In this document: positions 13,478 through 25,732 of the stretch, in pieces
How positions within the stretch are numbered: the stretch's first letter is position 1
How the letters are laid out: every line of letters begins with the position of its first letter
Assembly (NCBI RefSeq): GCF_018350175.1
Contig: NC_058382.1
Span: 51,648,001-51,712,000, forward strand
DNA: 64,000 nt
Direction of reading: 5' to 3'
DNA from: Felis catus
Taxonomy: Eukaryota
Made by a program: the position numbers and the translations under genes
Notes under the pieces: model-generated
What the model was told of the DNA's origin: nothing
What the model saw: the letters and a program-made list of their open reading frames with translations, nothing else
Databases searched by the model: none

Positions 13478-13655
13478 GACCAGCATCCCTCCAAGGGCGG
13501 TCCTGGACCCTCTGCATCAGGTTTAACTGATGTGCCCTTAGGATTCAGATTCCCGGGCCCCACCTTTGGCCTTGTTAATCAGAATCTCTCAGGATGGATC
13601 TTGACCAGTTTCATTTGTAACAGGCTCGCCAGGCAACACCTGAGAACCCCAGCAG
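13478..13655. mobile_element. MER5-like DNA transposon relic
   Basis: GGTCCTGGACC...GCATCAG...CAGATTCCCGGGCCCCACC...AATCAGAATCTCT. Confidence 0.6.
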
Positions 13656-14515
13656 TGGGTCCCACTGTCCTGTCCATGACAACATTCCCTCCCTCCGAGT
13701 CTCCTCTCTGCCGCGTACCCGTCTACCGAACCCCACCGGGAATTCCGAGCCTGACTTAAACGACTCCTCCTTCGTAAAACCATTCCAAATTCCTCCCTCC
13801 AGAAAGAATCTCTCCCTGCTTTGAGCGATCACGGCAGTTATTTCTACACTGGTGAGCATCCCTGACATTTCAAGAGACTCAATACATAGTTCATGTTCAT
13901 ACCCATCACATCAAAGACCGCTACCACAGGCCTTCGCACAGAATAGGGGCTCGGTGAAAATGAATCTAACGGGCAGCATGAAGCCCGATCCCAGTATTTT
14001 TAGATCATCTTCATAAACCACAGGTATTAATAACCAACTCATGTGAAGAAGAGGAGGAGAAAATTTGACCAAGTAGACTGCATTCTCCCCCTCTGCCCTC
14101 CTCTTCTCTCGGATCCCTGCCGCACTGCCGTCAGGATCACACCTTTATTCCTGAGCCCGCACCTTGCGAGGGAACTAAGCGGGAGCCTGTATTTTGATTT
14201 ATTTAAACGTCCCTTTAGTTCAGTGGGGGCTGGCTGACAGAGTTGGGTCATTTCTCTTTCTGTTTAAAAGTCAGCAAAAAAAGGCAATCGATAGAAGAAT
14301 AATAAACTGTGCAAAACTGTCGGGTTTCCCTGATACAGGTTCCTGTGTAGCCCAAAGGGCTGGATTCGTTCCTCCAGCGTCTCGGCCAGCTTCTGGCTCC
14401 ATGCGGTCCCTTGGTCCCGGTCCCTCGGTGGCTGTTCTCATTACTGCGAAGCAGAAACTAACAGGTGCATTCAATCTTTTCCCTTCTTAAAGAGCCCCAG
14501 TGCTTTTTTCTCCTA

Positions 14516-14890
14516 TGCCTTAGCTCGGGCTGCTACCGCAGAACTGCACGGACCGGGGGTTAAAACAACAGGCATTTCTTTCACACACTTCTGAAGGCTG
14601 AAGTCTGAGATCGGGGTGCCAGAGCAGTCAGGTTTTGGGGGAAGGCGCTTTTCCTAGTTTATACAGTGCCCAGCACCTCGCACTACCCTCGCATGAGAGA
14701 GGGAGAGGGAGAGACAGAGAGATCATCTCTCTCCTGGCTCTTCTTACAAGGGGATGAATCCCATTCATGGGGGCTCTATCCCCATGACCTAATTACCTCC
14801 CAAACCCCTCCCCCTGCAAATACTATCATATTGCACATTTGGGCTTCAACCCATGAATTTGGGGAAGACATAAACATTAAGTCCACAACA
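14516..14890 (-). mobile_element. MaLR solo LTR, MLT1A-like
   Basis: GGCTGAAGTCTGAGATC...CATGACCTAATTACCTCCCAAA...TCAACCCATGAATTTGGGGAAGACATAAACATT. Confidence 0.85.
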
Positions 14891-15208
14891 CCACACCCAC
14901 CCAGGATCTCCGCACAGCCCGTCCTAGGTTTTGTTGAAAGGGGCACACCTTACCCCCAGGCAAGCAGGATGGCAGTGACTTTGCCAATGTAATTTCAGAA
15001 TAAACAATGGACGCGCGTTTCAGGAAGGTGAGAGCAACAGTAACCGTTTCCAACCACACTCACCCCACTCACCAATTTCCAGCCTTGTCACGCACCCCAT
15101 AGTTCTGGAAACACACCAAGCTCCATCACAGAGGACAACTCCCTCTGCCTGCTATGCTGTTGTCCTTTTCATGTGAAAGTACAACTTGCTTTAAGAATCA
15201 TCTTGCCT

Positions 15209-15385
15209 TGGGGGCGCCTGGGGGGCTCAGCGGGTTAAGCATCTGACTGTTGATTTCAGCTCAGATCACCATCTTACAACTCGTGAGTTCAAGCCCCACA
15301 AAGGGTGCGCCTTGAGCTCCGCATCGGGCTCCACACCATCAGTACTGAGCTTCTCTCTCCAACTCTCTCTCTGCCCCTCCCCTCC
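15209..15385 (+). mobile_element. CAN-SINE, degenerate, 3'-truncated
   Basis: GGGGCGCCTGGGGGGCTCAG head, B box, CT tract, no tail. Confidence 0.8.
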
Positions 15386-15492
15386 ATGGGCTTCTTTGAC
15401 TATATTTTTTAATCAAAGTAATTACTTTCCATTTTAGCCCCTCAATTATTTTCTTCCTAGCATGCACCACAATCTGTTCAATTCATTTCTCA

Positions 15493-15697
15493 ATTTTTTT
15501 TTTAACATTTATTTATGGTTGAGAGACAGAGCACGAGCAGGAGACAGGCAGAAAGAGAGGGAGACACAGAATCCGAAGCAGGATCCAGGCTCTGAGCTGT
15601 CAGCACAGAGCCAACGTGGGGCTCGAACCCACGAACCACAACATCATGACCTGAGCCAAAGTCGAACACTTAACACAATGAGCCACCCAGAAGCCCC
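15493..15697 (-). mobile_element. CAN-SINE
   Basis: poly(T), GA tract, reverse-complement head ending GAGCCACCCAGAAGCCCC. Confidence 0.9.
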
Positions 15698-15699
15698 TC

Positions 15700-15828
15700 T
15701 TCTATTCATCTCTAATGCTTGCTCATCACCTCTCTTTCCCGAAATATATAAAGTGAACAAGGTCAAGAACTGTGTCCCTCTTGACACATAGTAGCAGCTC
15801 AATAAATATTTGTTGAATGATTGGATAA
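15700..15828 (+). mobile_element. L2 3' end
   Basis: GACACATAGTAGCAGCTCAATAAATATTTGTTGAATGA. Confidence 0.7.
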
Positions 15829-17376
15829 AGTAATTATGCAAGACATAATGACAAGAAAAGAGAAGAAAGTCATACAATCAATTACATCAAATCTTTTGTT
15901 CGTATACGACGTTACAGCCGGGAAATAATCTCTTATGGTTTAGTTTTGCAGCAATGTAAGATTTCAACATCAGCTCTACGATTTAAGTTATTATTTTGCT
16001 GCTAAAAGAAATAGGTCCTCCTTATCCTGGATCATGATTTACCACACTCCTTACTCTACAGGCTCTGAATAAAAAAAATCTTACTTCTCCCAAAGGAACT
16101 CAGCTCCAACAGACTAAAAATGGACATCCTTATGAGACATCAACAAAGAACAGACAATTTGAAGAAGCAGATGTGGCTATTTTAAAAGAAAGAAAAAGTC
16201 CACATTCTGTTTTAACTTTTCAAGTCTCAAAGGATTCTTTCATGACAATACGCTGAGAACTACTTGGTGAAAATAAATAGCCACAGAGGAATATGGATTT
16301 AATTGTTTGAATTGCTGCATTAGCTAAAATAAAACAGCTGTGATCACATTCTGGGGCAAAAACCATTGTTCAACAAAGAGTTCTATTAAAGAGCACCCCA
16401 GTGATGAGTCTGGCTTTCTAAAATCAGGCACACCACTTCCTGGACCACCCATTGTTCTTAGGGTAACCGCGATTGCAATTTGGGGGGCATCTGGGTTGGA
16501 GAAATGCTGTCTGTGCCATAGGGCATAGAACTGCTGGATAGATTTTTCTCTTTCCCTCACATACACAGCTCAAGTTACTCAAAATTACTCAGCAAAACAA
16601 ATTCCTTTCATATTTCTATACTCCCAAGACACAGGAAAGGTGCTGGGCTGGCAGCGGGGACTTTTTGAGTTCCAATTCGCTAACAGATGAAACAAAAAGA
16701 GTGTTGGTCCAAATTCTTCCCAAGGAAACTTTCTGAACTGAGCGTGGTCCCTGGGAAAAGGAGTCTCCAGGGTGGTGGGTTTTGATTATATTTCTTAGGA
16801 TCCGAAGCCACCTTGAGATAATGCCCAAGCCATAGCGTTCTGCACGGAAATTCACAGCTACGTGTTAACACCAAGTTTGAAGCCTAGCCTCCAGGAGCTC
16901 TGCAAACATCCCACGGACCAGAAACTCAGAACTCTTATTCTAAAATGCGGAAGCAAGGCTCCAGATGGGGGAAGGCAAGAATTCGAAGGATTGTTGTTGT
17001 TTACCAAGCCCCACACCGGTGTCACCTCTGACCCTTCCACTGGCCCGTGTGCAGACTTTGAGACATACAATCAACGTCAAAGCCAGGAGTTAAAAAGAAG
17101 GGAAAGTCTGAAGGAAAGAGAGCGAAGGGGCTGTTACAGGAGCTCAAATTCCTAAATTCCTAATACTCTATCCAGTCCTACATTCCTAAGATTCTGTTCC
17201 ATTGACCTCAGGAGCCAGTCTTTATCATAGGTAAGTGCGCCTAAAAGCCAACCCAACAAGTTACCTTCAAATGCAGACTTCCAAGTTTTACCAGCTCCTG
17301 CTTCAAAGGGATTCTGTGAGTTTTATTAAACACTCTGGGTGATTCTTAAGCTGGTGACCTTTTAAAACACAATTTT

Positions 17377-17609
17377 GGAGGCTCCTGGATGGCTCCGGTC
17401 AGTTGAGCCTCTGACTTCGGCTCAGGTCATGATCTTGCAGTTTGTGAGTTCGAACCCCACGTCAAGCTCTGTGCTGACAGCTCAGAGCCTGGAGCCCGCT
17501 TCGGATTCCGTGTCTCCCTCTCTCTGCCCATCCCCTGCTCATGTTCTGTATCTCTCACTCTCTCTCTCTCTCTCTCAAAAATAAATAAACATTTAAAAAA
17601 ATTTTTTTC
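17377..17609 (+). mobile_element. CAN-SINE
   Basis: Full structure; flanked by AAAACACAATT/AAACCCACAATT. Confidence 0.92.
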
Positions 17610-17621
17610 AAACCCACAATT

Positions 17622-17764
17622 GGGTTGTGGGAGGGGGGAATGGGCTAAATGGGGAAGGGGCACTAAGGAATCTACTCCTGAAATCATTGTTGCACTGTAT
17701 GTTAACTAATTGGGATGTAAATTAAAAAAAAATTAAATAAAAAATGATATAAAAGTATTAAAAA
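17622..17764 (+). mobile_element. Carnivore/feline L1, 5'-truncated 3' end
   Basis: GGGGCACTAAGGAATCTACTCCTGAAATCATTGTTGCACTGTATG...A-rich tail; TSD AAACCCACAATT. Confidence 0.88.
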
Positions 17765-18394
17765 AAACCCACAATTTTTATTTTCAGTTTTTTTCTCCAT
17801 GTCCGCGAAATCTCAGTATTTCAGGATCCAAACTACATATCCCTTGCCCTGATCTCTGGAGATGGTGGGAACACCTTTCCCCATCACGGGCTCCAGATGC
17901 TGCCATTTCATACCCACCCACATCCTTCCTCGATGGGGCGAAATTCAGAAAAGAGATGGAGGGAGAGTTTTCTGGAGGCTTCCAGAAACCTTTATTTCCT
18001 CTGCCATGTTCCCTTTGCCATTTAATGAAACATACTCAAGGGTGTGTCCTCAGGGGATAAGGGAGGGTGGCAGTACCTTTCCCATGACAGTGGCTCACCT
18101 TTCCCGCCCACCCTCTCCAGGGAGTCCCTGGAAGGATTTTCCCCCCTGTCCCCCCAGCAAAGATCCTCCCCTTGTGAATTGCGATTACACTTAGTTGAAC
18201 TGTTCTGTGCGAACCACGAAGTAGCAATCATGCTCCCCCTTTGCTGTCTTAACCCTCCCGCCCCCCCCCCATCATTAGTTATTTGAGGGAGCACATACTT
18301 TGCCTCTGCATCAAACACGACACACAGCCAATCGTTAAGCACAGAGTAAGCCCCGCAGCACCTCTCACTTTTGCCCACCAGGCATCTATTCCCG

Positions 18395-18918
18395 GCGCCC
18401 TGCTCCCCATTCTTTTCCGGTAGCCGCCCCTCAACTTCCCTTTCAAGAACTACCTTCCTCCAGCCTATGTCCGCTTGTTTCAGAGAAGCTGATTCCGTTC
18501 CCGGCATCCCGAAGTGATCCAGGTTGGGCTAATCAGCAGAGCCCCTTCCCCTGGAACAACCATTGGTTCGTAATTGTCACATGACCCACGCTGGGCCAAT
18601 GAGATTCAGTCCTGGAACTTTTGCAAGTATAACAAAGAAGCGAATGGTCTCCTTCTTTGGGGTTGATGGTGCTTTGGGGACCTGGCTGGCCCCTTGTCTC
18701 CACCAGGGGACCAGCTGCTCAATGGAGCACCACAGATGGAGGCAGGGTGGAGGGGGGCAGAGCCAGGGATGAAGCCCTAGAGACCCGGCTCCTGGATTCA
18801 TTCCAGCCAGAAGCTAGCCCTCCCTCCTAAACCTGTCAGTTCTCCCCAGTGTATAGTTAATAATATTACCTATGATGTGAACCAATTTGAGTATGTTTCT
18901 ATCAGCTCAACCAAAAAG
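18395..18918 (+). mobile_element. Old MaLR LTR (MLT1K/L-like)
   Basis: CATTGGTTC...CACATGACCCA..CTGGGCCAATGAGATTCAGTCCTGGAACTTT. Confidence 0.6.
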
Positions 18919-19255
18919 ATGCACATTTATTTCATGCTTCAGAGACATTGATTGGTTCAGTTAATACCCATTTTTAGACTTGGGAAATGTTGGCTATATT
19001 GGATTCTTCAAGTCTACAAAATATCTTTCTTCTCCTTCGCCCACCCCCCAAACAAGGTCAGTTGCTTAAATTCTATCTTTAGCAAAGAAGACTGATATGG
19101 TCCAAAAATTATGGCCTTTGGAACCCGACCATTGAGTTTGGATCCCAGCTCTGCTACTTACAAATTGGGTTGACCTTGGGCAAACTACTTAGGAATCACT
19201 AAACGGGACACCATAACAGTAAAAAAGAAAAATATTCATTGTTATTGGAAGATCA

Positions 19256-19436
19256 TTTTTTAAATGTTTGTTTATTTTTAGAGGGAAAGAGAGAGAGCAT
19301 GAGCTGGGGAGGGGCAGAGAGAGAAGGAGGCACAGAAGCTGAAGCAGGCTCCAGGCTCAGGGCTCGAGCCCATGAACCGTGAGATCATGACCTGAGAGGT
19401 CGGATGTGTTAATCGACTGAGCCACCCAGACACCCC
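19256..19436 (-). mobile_element. CAN-SINE, internally deleted
   Basis: TSD TGGAAGATCATTTTT on both sides. Confidence 0.9.
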
Positions 19437-19879
19437 TGGAAGATCATTTTTTTTGTGATGATGTACTGAAAGGCGGAGAGATATCAGCAGGAAAGCAATA
19501 TCAAGATCAGACAACAATGGATAACGGTGTCAACTCAGGCAGCATCACTTGGGATACAGAACAAAGGACAGATTGCAAAACTTGCAGTAAGATTTAGAAG
19601 CAAGTCAAATGTAGGCTGTAGGAGAAAAGGGAAGAGTCAAAGTTCCTGGAAACCAGCTCAATTATTTTTACATTGAACCCCCGAAACAGAAACGCAGTGC
19701 TAGCTGATGGAGATACTCTTAAATTCGAGTTTATCCATGGAGTTATTTTTAACAACACGGACAGCTTTGAGGGTAGACCTGTAGCTTCCTCTCTCTTGAA
19801 AAAATTGACCACCTTCTCACTTCTGGGCAACAGAGGGAGATCTTTCCAGTAGCGAAGCTTTCATCACTTTGCTTTAAAC

Positions 19880-20295
19880 CTGCGTTCCCAAAGTGTTAAA
19901 CGAATCTAACTAGTGTTATATTAGGTGGTTTTAGGTGGATTACTAGCTGTGCACAGACAAGACGTTAAATAACTCTGAATCACACTGGGGGAAAGCTGTT
20001 CCCCTTCAGGCCTCTTGATTATTTTGTCAAGGAAAAAAAGATCCCATATGGGGCCTAAAACGTCTTTAGCACCTCTTTCTAGCACTTGCTAATTGCCTTA
20101 TTTAAAGGGGAGCACATCTCAGGGCTTAAAACCTTCAAGAGGCCACAGGATCTAGCACGAGTTAACTAATACTGTTGTGTCTTTGTTGAATTTATTTTTA
20201 CACGTGCTTTCTCTTAACGGCAAGTGAAACTTATTTTCCACTTATAATTCATATCTATATATCTCTTTTTAAGATAACCTTACTTAAAAAAAAAA
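19880..20295. mobile_element. hAT-type DNA transposon relic (MER113-like), probably continuing after the SINE pair to about 20895
   Basis: AAATAACTCTGAATCACACT...CTAGCACTTGCTAAT...GGCAAGTGAAACTTATTTTCCA resembles recalled consensus. Confidence 0.5.
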
Positions 20296-20305
20296 AAAAG
20301 ACTAT

Positions 20306-20541
20306 GAGGCACCCGGATGGCTGAGTCGGTTAAGCCTTGGACTCGACTTCGGTTCTCGTGGTGCTCTCACCATCAGTGGGTTCAAGCCATGGTCTTACCA
20401 TCAGTGGGTTCAAGCCACACATCAGGCTTCACACGGATAGTGTGGAGCCTGCTTGGGATTCTCTCTCTCCCTCTCTCTCTCTGCCCCTACCCTGGACATG
20501 TGCTCACTTTCTCTCTCTCTCTCTCTCTAAAGAAATAAACT
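20306..20541 (+). mobile_element. CAN-SINE with internal 28-bp duplication
   Basis: Head and CT tract; ACCATCAGTGGGTTCAAGCCA present twice in tandem. Confidence 0.85.
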
Positions 20542-20769
20542 CTTTATTTTTTTTTAATTTTTTTTTCGACGTTTATTTATTTTTGGGACAGAGAGAGACA
20601 CAGCATGAACGGGGGAGAGGCAGAGAGAGAGGGAGACACAGAATCGGAAACAGGCTCCAGGCTCTGAGCCATCAGCCCAGAGCCTGACGCGGGGCTTGAA
20701 CCCACGGACCGCAAGATCGTGACCTGGCTGAAGTCGGACGCTTAGCCGACTGCGCCACCCAGGCGCCCC
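20542..20769 (-). mobile_element. Young SINEC_Fc inserted into the tail of the preceding SINE
   Basis: Near-consensus copy; TSD AAGAAATAAACT at 20530-20541 and 20770-20781. Confidence 0.95.
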
Positions 20770-21122
20770 AAGAAATAAACTTTTTAAAAAAGTATTTAAA
20801 GGTAACTAACCAAGGAGATGTAACTAACCAAGGAGATGTGACACGGGGCCATGGCAGGAATTGGGAAAAGGGTCTACAAAGGTGGCTGTTAGAACCAGGG
20901 GTTCTAACACATCCCCAGCGGTGGAGTTTCTGGCCCTGTGGCAAACGTCTGCTTAGGGGGTATAGCGCTCAGAGCATCCTTAAAAGTATACCAGGCAGCT
21001 AAAAGCTTACAGCGAGTAAATATGCCTGCTCTTTGGGCTGGTACCAGGCCAGAAGCAGAGGGCACACCTGTCCTGTTGGGGAAGAATTTCTCAGTGCCTG
21101 CAGAAGCCAGTGCTCTCATTTA

Positions 21123-21125
<3 letters not shown>

Positions 21126-21179
<54 letters not shown>

Positions 21180-21187
21180 CGCATGCA
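21126..21187. repeat. (TG)n(CG)n alternating purine-pyrimidine microsatellite
   Basis: About 22 TG units, then 6 CG units, then CATGCA. Confidence 0.97.
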
Positions 21188-21284
21188 GCATCCTGGAAAC
21201 CCCTGGGAGTCCAGCGCAATCTCCTAAACAACTCAACTCCTTACTTTAAACAATTCAGGAGTTCGGTTCGCTTGTTATGAATAA

Positions 21285-21635
21285 ACACGCTCAGCGCCGA
21301 TGCTTGGAAACACTTGGGCTCCTGTTCCCAGACGCGCTCCGCTCGGCTGCGAATCCTAGCACTGCCTCAGCCCTCCCTGCCGCCCTGCCACGCTCCTGCG
21401 GCACACTCAACCACGCGGGCCGCAAGAAAATCTCCGCCACTCGCACGGCACCCCATCTGGCGTGGGGAATTTTATTTCGCAAGCCATCTTTTGTTTACCG
21501 GGTCTACTTTTCGAGGGGGGGAAAAACCGCTTCTGGCGGACCCGGAGCGGTCCAGCGCTACCAAACGGCTCCCCCTAGTGGCCCTTCGCGGCGCCGCGTA
21601 AATCAGAGCCGGAAGTACCAAGACCGTCCAGGCCT
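21285..21635. promoter_or_regulatory. Small CpG-rich element with CTCF motif (21568-21583) and ETS motif (21609-21616)
   Basis: Locally high CpG outside any repeat; GCTCCCCCTAGTGGCC differs at one base from GCGCCCCCTAGTGGCC; CCGGAAGT. Confidence 0.7.
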
Positions 21636-21789
21636 GCAGCTTTGGAAGTTCACTGTCAAAAAGGGCACTACAAAAGCAACAATAAAACAGTAAACTGCCA
21701 ACCGTGTGCAGTCCCTGCCTCACATGTTCCTTTATTTTGCCAACTAAGAGCATTAGAAAATAAGTATCATTTGGCATCCCTCGAAACTC

Positions 21790-22398
21790 CTGAAAGCAAC
21801 GAAGATGTCCTTCAGGAGGTGGATGGATAAAGGAACGGTGGTCCATGCAGACGATGAAATATAGTCAGCACTAAAAGGAAATTAAAGAAATGAGCCATCA
21901 AGCCATGAAAAGACATGGCGGGAACTTAAATGCTTACTACTAAGTGAAAGGAGTCGGCCTGCAAAGTGATTCCAATTATACGGCGTTCTAGAAAAGGCCC
22001 GACTATGCAGACAGTAAAAAGATCAGGGGTTGCCAAGGGCTAGTAGGAGGGAGGGGAGAACAGGCAGAACGCAGAGGATTTTTACGGCAATTAAACAGTT
22101 CTGTATGATGCTATAATGGTGGCTACATGTCATTATCCATTTGTCCAGGCCCTTAGAATGCACAGCACCAAGAGTGACCCCTGAGGTAAATTACGGACTT
22201 CGGGTGACACTGTGGCAGCGCAGTTTCGTGGACTGTAATGAATGTATCATTCTGGCAGACGATGTTGATATGGGGGAGACTATGCCACTAGGGGTCAAGG
22301 GATGTGGGGGACATTTCTCTACCTTCTGCTCAATTTTGCTCTGAACCTAAAATGTCTCCTAAAAATAAAATCTATTTTTTTTAATTAAAAAAAAAAAA
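21790..22398 (+). mobile_element. L1MC-like 3' end
   Basis: AAGATGTCCTTCAG...AAGCCATGAAAAGACATGG...CACCAAGAGTGACCCCT...CTGCTCAATTTTGCTCTGAACCTAAAA. Confidence 0.85.
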
Positions 22399-22400
22399 CA

Positions 22401-22650
22401 GGGGCGCCTGGGTGGGCTCAGTTGGTTAAGTGTCCAACTCTTGGTTTCAGCTCAGGTCATGATCTCACAGTTTGTGAGTTTGAGCCCCGCATCAGGCTCC
22501 GTGCTAACAGTGCGAAGCCTGCTTGGGATTCTCTCTTTCTGTCTCTTTCTGCCCCTCCTCTGCTCACTCTCTCTGTGTCTCTCTAAAATAAATAAATAAA
22601 CTTTAAAAAATAAAATAAAATAAAATATACATACATAAATGAATAAATAA
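22401..22650 (+). mobile_element. CAN-SINE inserted at the L1 A-tail
   Basis: Full head, CT tract and (TAAA) tail. Confidence 0.92.
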
Positions 22651-22707
22651 ATACAGGGTGAATCCTGTTTTGGACATACTGATCAACTAATTAGAAAGAT
22701 GTAAACC

Positions 22708-22862
22708 CTTCCTCCTCCAAGTGTGGTCTGCGACCACAGCCTCAGCAGCACCTGGGAGCTTGTTAGAAATTCAGAGTCTCAGGTCCCAGCCGGAACTACT
22801 GAATCAGAAGGTGCATTTTAACCAGATCTTTAAGTGATCTATATTAAAATGCAAAAGGCATG
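22708..22862. mobile_element. MER5A-like MITE
   Basis: AAGTGTGGTC...CAGCACCTGGGAGCTTGTTAGAAATTCAGAGTCTCAGG...ACTACTGAATCAGAA. Confidence 0.8.
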
Positions 22863-22908
22863 GTCTCTTCCTTTGAGGTGTTTTCAGCCCTGTTAAAACA
22901 CTTGGGGG

Positions 22909-23126
22909 GGGGCGCCTGGGTGGCGCAGTCGGTTAAGCGTCCGACTTCAGCCAGGTCACGATCTCGCGGTCCCTGAGTTCGGGCCCCGCGTCAGGCTCTG
23001 GGCTGATGGCTCAGAGCTTGGAGCCTGTTTCTGATTCTGTGTCTCCCTCTTTCTCTGCCCCTCCCCCGTTCATGCTCTGTCTCTCTCTGTCCCAAAAATA
23101 AATAAAATGTTGAAAAAAAATTTTTT
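22909..23126 (+). mobile_element. Young SINEC_Fc
   Basis: Near-consensus copy; TSD AAACACTTGGGGGG. Confidence 0.95.
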
Positions 23127-23366
23127 AAACACTTGGGGGGAAATATCTTTGGTATAGTTTGGGATGGAAGGAAGAGTAAGGTGGATAATGGTAATGAACT
23201 TCACACTTCTTATGTCACTTCTTTGTTCCTTTATCCACAAGGTTTTCCCTCCTAAGATGTCATTACCGCGTCACCATTTGTATAGTTCTTGCTGAATATT
23301 TTGCAGTAAGAACCCCTGGGAACTTGCCATGTGCCAGGCACAGTGAGGGACACGAGGCATGGTCCC

Positions 23367-23599
23367 TTTTCTTTCTTCCTTTTTTTTTTAATGTTTATTT
23401 ATTTTTGAGAGAGGGAGAGAGACGGAGCGTGAGCAGGGGGCAGGGGTGCAGAGAGAGAGAGTGAGACGCAGAATCCGAAGCGGCCTCCAGGCTCTGAGCT
23501 GTCAGCACAGAGCCTGACGGGGGACTCGAACCCACGAGCTGTGAGATCATGACCTGAGCCGAAGTCAGATGCTTAACTGACTGAGCCACCCAGGCGCCC
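23367..23599 (-). mobile_element. CAN-SINE
   Basis: Full structure; degenerate TSD GGCATGGTCCCTTTT/GGCATAGCCCCTTTT. Confidence 0.92.
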
Positions 23600-23639
23600 G
23601 GGCATAGCCCCTTTTCTTAAAAAGCATACAGAAAAGCTA

Positions 23640-23840
23640 GGGGCACCTGGCTGACTCAGCCGGTTGAGCATCTGACTTGGGCTCGGGTCCTGATCTCGCG
23701 GTTTGTGGGTTCGAGCCCCACCTCGAGCTCTCTGTTGTCTGTGCAGAGCCTGCCTCAGAGCCTCCCTCCCCCTTCTCTCTGCCCCTCCCCTGCTCACACT
23801 CTCTCGCTCTCTCAAAAATAAAAACACATTTTTTTTAAAA
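23640..23840 (+). mobile_element. CAN-SINE
   Basis: Head, CT tract and tail; head-to-head with the preceding SINE, 40 bp apart. Confidence 0.9.
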
Positions 23841-25318
23841 AGCAGGCTGGAAAAAAAAATTTTTTTAATCAATAAAAAATAAAAAAGCAGGCAGAAAAGT
23901 TAACTGGAAGTGGCAGTTTTGTCTAGCTCCCCTGTTAGGTCGAATACATTAACAGAAGTGAGCAGAGCAGCTCCTCTCCAGGAGGGTAAGACAAACTAGT
24001 GAGCCACATTTTTTTTAGCATCCACCAGGTACCGCGCGCTATTTGTGATCTCGTTTACTTCTCACACCAAGGTCACCAGATGAGAATTATTTTCCTCCTT
24101 CACCTGATAGAGAAACAGAGTCACTACGCAGCTCAGCAATTTGCCAAAGGCCTCACGGCCGAAAGCACCCAACTACCACAAAAAACGTGACCCCACTCTA
24201 AGTAAGGACAGTCCTTGAAACTGGAACCGTTATTTATTTAGTTATCAACTATTTTATGCTCAGTACCTAACAGAACATCTAGCAAATAATAGACGTTGAA
24301 TAAATATTTGTTTGACGTCTGAATAAATGAATGACTATCCGCATCTGTCCCGCAGCCTTGAAAACAGTGATAATTACAACTATCTTTTTCAGTCATTTGC
24401 TACGTGCAAAGCACCTTTAACCTACTTGATATTCGTTGTAAAAATTAGAGGGAAGGTAGGTGAGGTCGCGTGATCAACAGGCAGCATTTGCTAAACGAGT
24501 GCTCGGGAATAATGGTGAATAATCGAATGGATGAAGACACAAAGTTACAAAGCCCCGGGAGAGTCAGAACGAAATCTCTCTAGGCCTCTGTTGCCTTGAA
24601 CATGAATACAAAGCCTTCAGTTTTATGATTCAATGTTGTTTGCCCCAGCTTAGAAAGGCTCATGAGAGATCTTTCAATAGGAAATCCTAGAATAGAAACA
24701 AGATAAACACTCTCCTGACAAGAGGGTAAGTTGCTCCGGTGACTAAGGTAGATGCAGAAACACTGAAGACGCACCTGCCTTCAGGAGTTTGAGAGGAGGT
24801 CCGGGTCATGCTCCCTGCTCATCTGTAATTCGGCCAAAGATCCTCCAAAAGCACCACAAGACCCGATTAATTTGAAGTAGATGAACCTCTACGTTCTTGG
24901 GCCATGCAACATCTCAGGCCAAATACCCAACCTTCCAGGTTCAAGAAGACACCCTGTGAATTGGGCCACACGCTTGGCTCTCAACTTTTAAACCCCTATG
25001 TATATTTTAATGGCAGTCTAATCCAGATGGTTCAGATTATTTGCATTCATTTTGAAAGAAGCTACACTCTAATAGCTTCCTCAGTGTGTTGTGATAGACT
25101 TATACTCCTTCTCCGTGGGTTCCTCCGGCAGAGTCTGCTGGGTGGAATTTGCAGTAATAAAGGAAACATGGAGATTAAGAGCTGGGACCCCAGAGCCAGA
25201 CCGCCTGGGTACAAATCCCCATCTCACTTCTTACGATGTGTGTGACTTCGGATTTGCTCTCCTTGTCTGAAAATGGGTAAAATAATAGTAACACCCCTGG
25301 TCATTAATGATTAGCCAA

Positions 25319-25512
25319 GGGGCACCTGGGTGGCGTCTGACTTCGCTCAGGTCAGGATCTCAAGTTTGGGAGTTCGAGCCCCGCATCGGGCTCTCTGCTG
25401 TCAGCACAGAGCCCACTTTGGACCTTCTGTCTCCCTCTCTCTGCCCCTATACCGCTTGTGTGTGCACGCGTGCGTGCGCTCTCTCTCAAAAATAAATAAA
25501 CATTTTTTTAAA
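25319..25512 (+). mobile_element. CAN-SINE (first of a tandem pair, inside a MIR)
   Basis: Head with small deletion, B box GTTCGAGCC, CT tract, tail. Confidence 0.88.
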
Positions 25513-25520
25513 AAAGATTA

Positions 25521-25732
25521 GGGGCGCCTGGGTGGCTCAGTCAGTTGAGCATCCGACTTCGGCTCATGTCATGATCTCACGGTTCCTGAGTTCAAGTCCC
25601 GCATCAGCCTCTGTGCTGACAGCTCAGAGCCTGGACCCTGCGTCAGATTCTGGGTCTCCCTCTCCTTCTGCCTCCCTCTCACTCTCTCTCTCCCTCAAAA
25701 ATAAATAAGCATTTAAAAATTTTTAAACAAAG
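25521..25732 (+). mobile_element. CAN-SINE (second of the tandem pair)
   Basis: Full structure; flanked by AAAGATTA/AAAGGTTA. Confidence 0.92.

Noticed and set aside
20802..20840. 18-bp tandem duplication (also a 14-bp one at about 38867-38896) as functional
   Set aside because: Ordinary two-copy slippage duplications with no further structure
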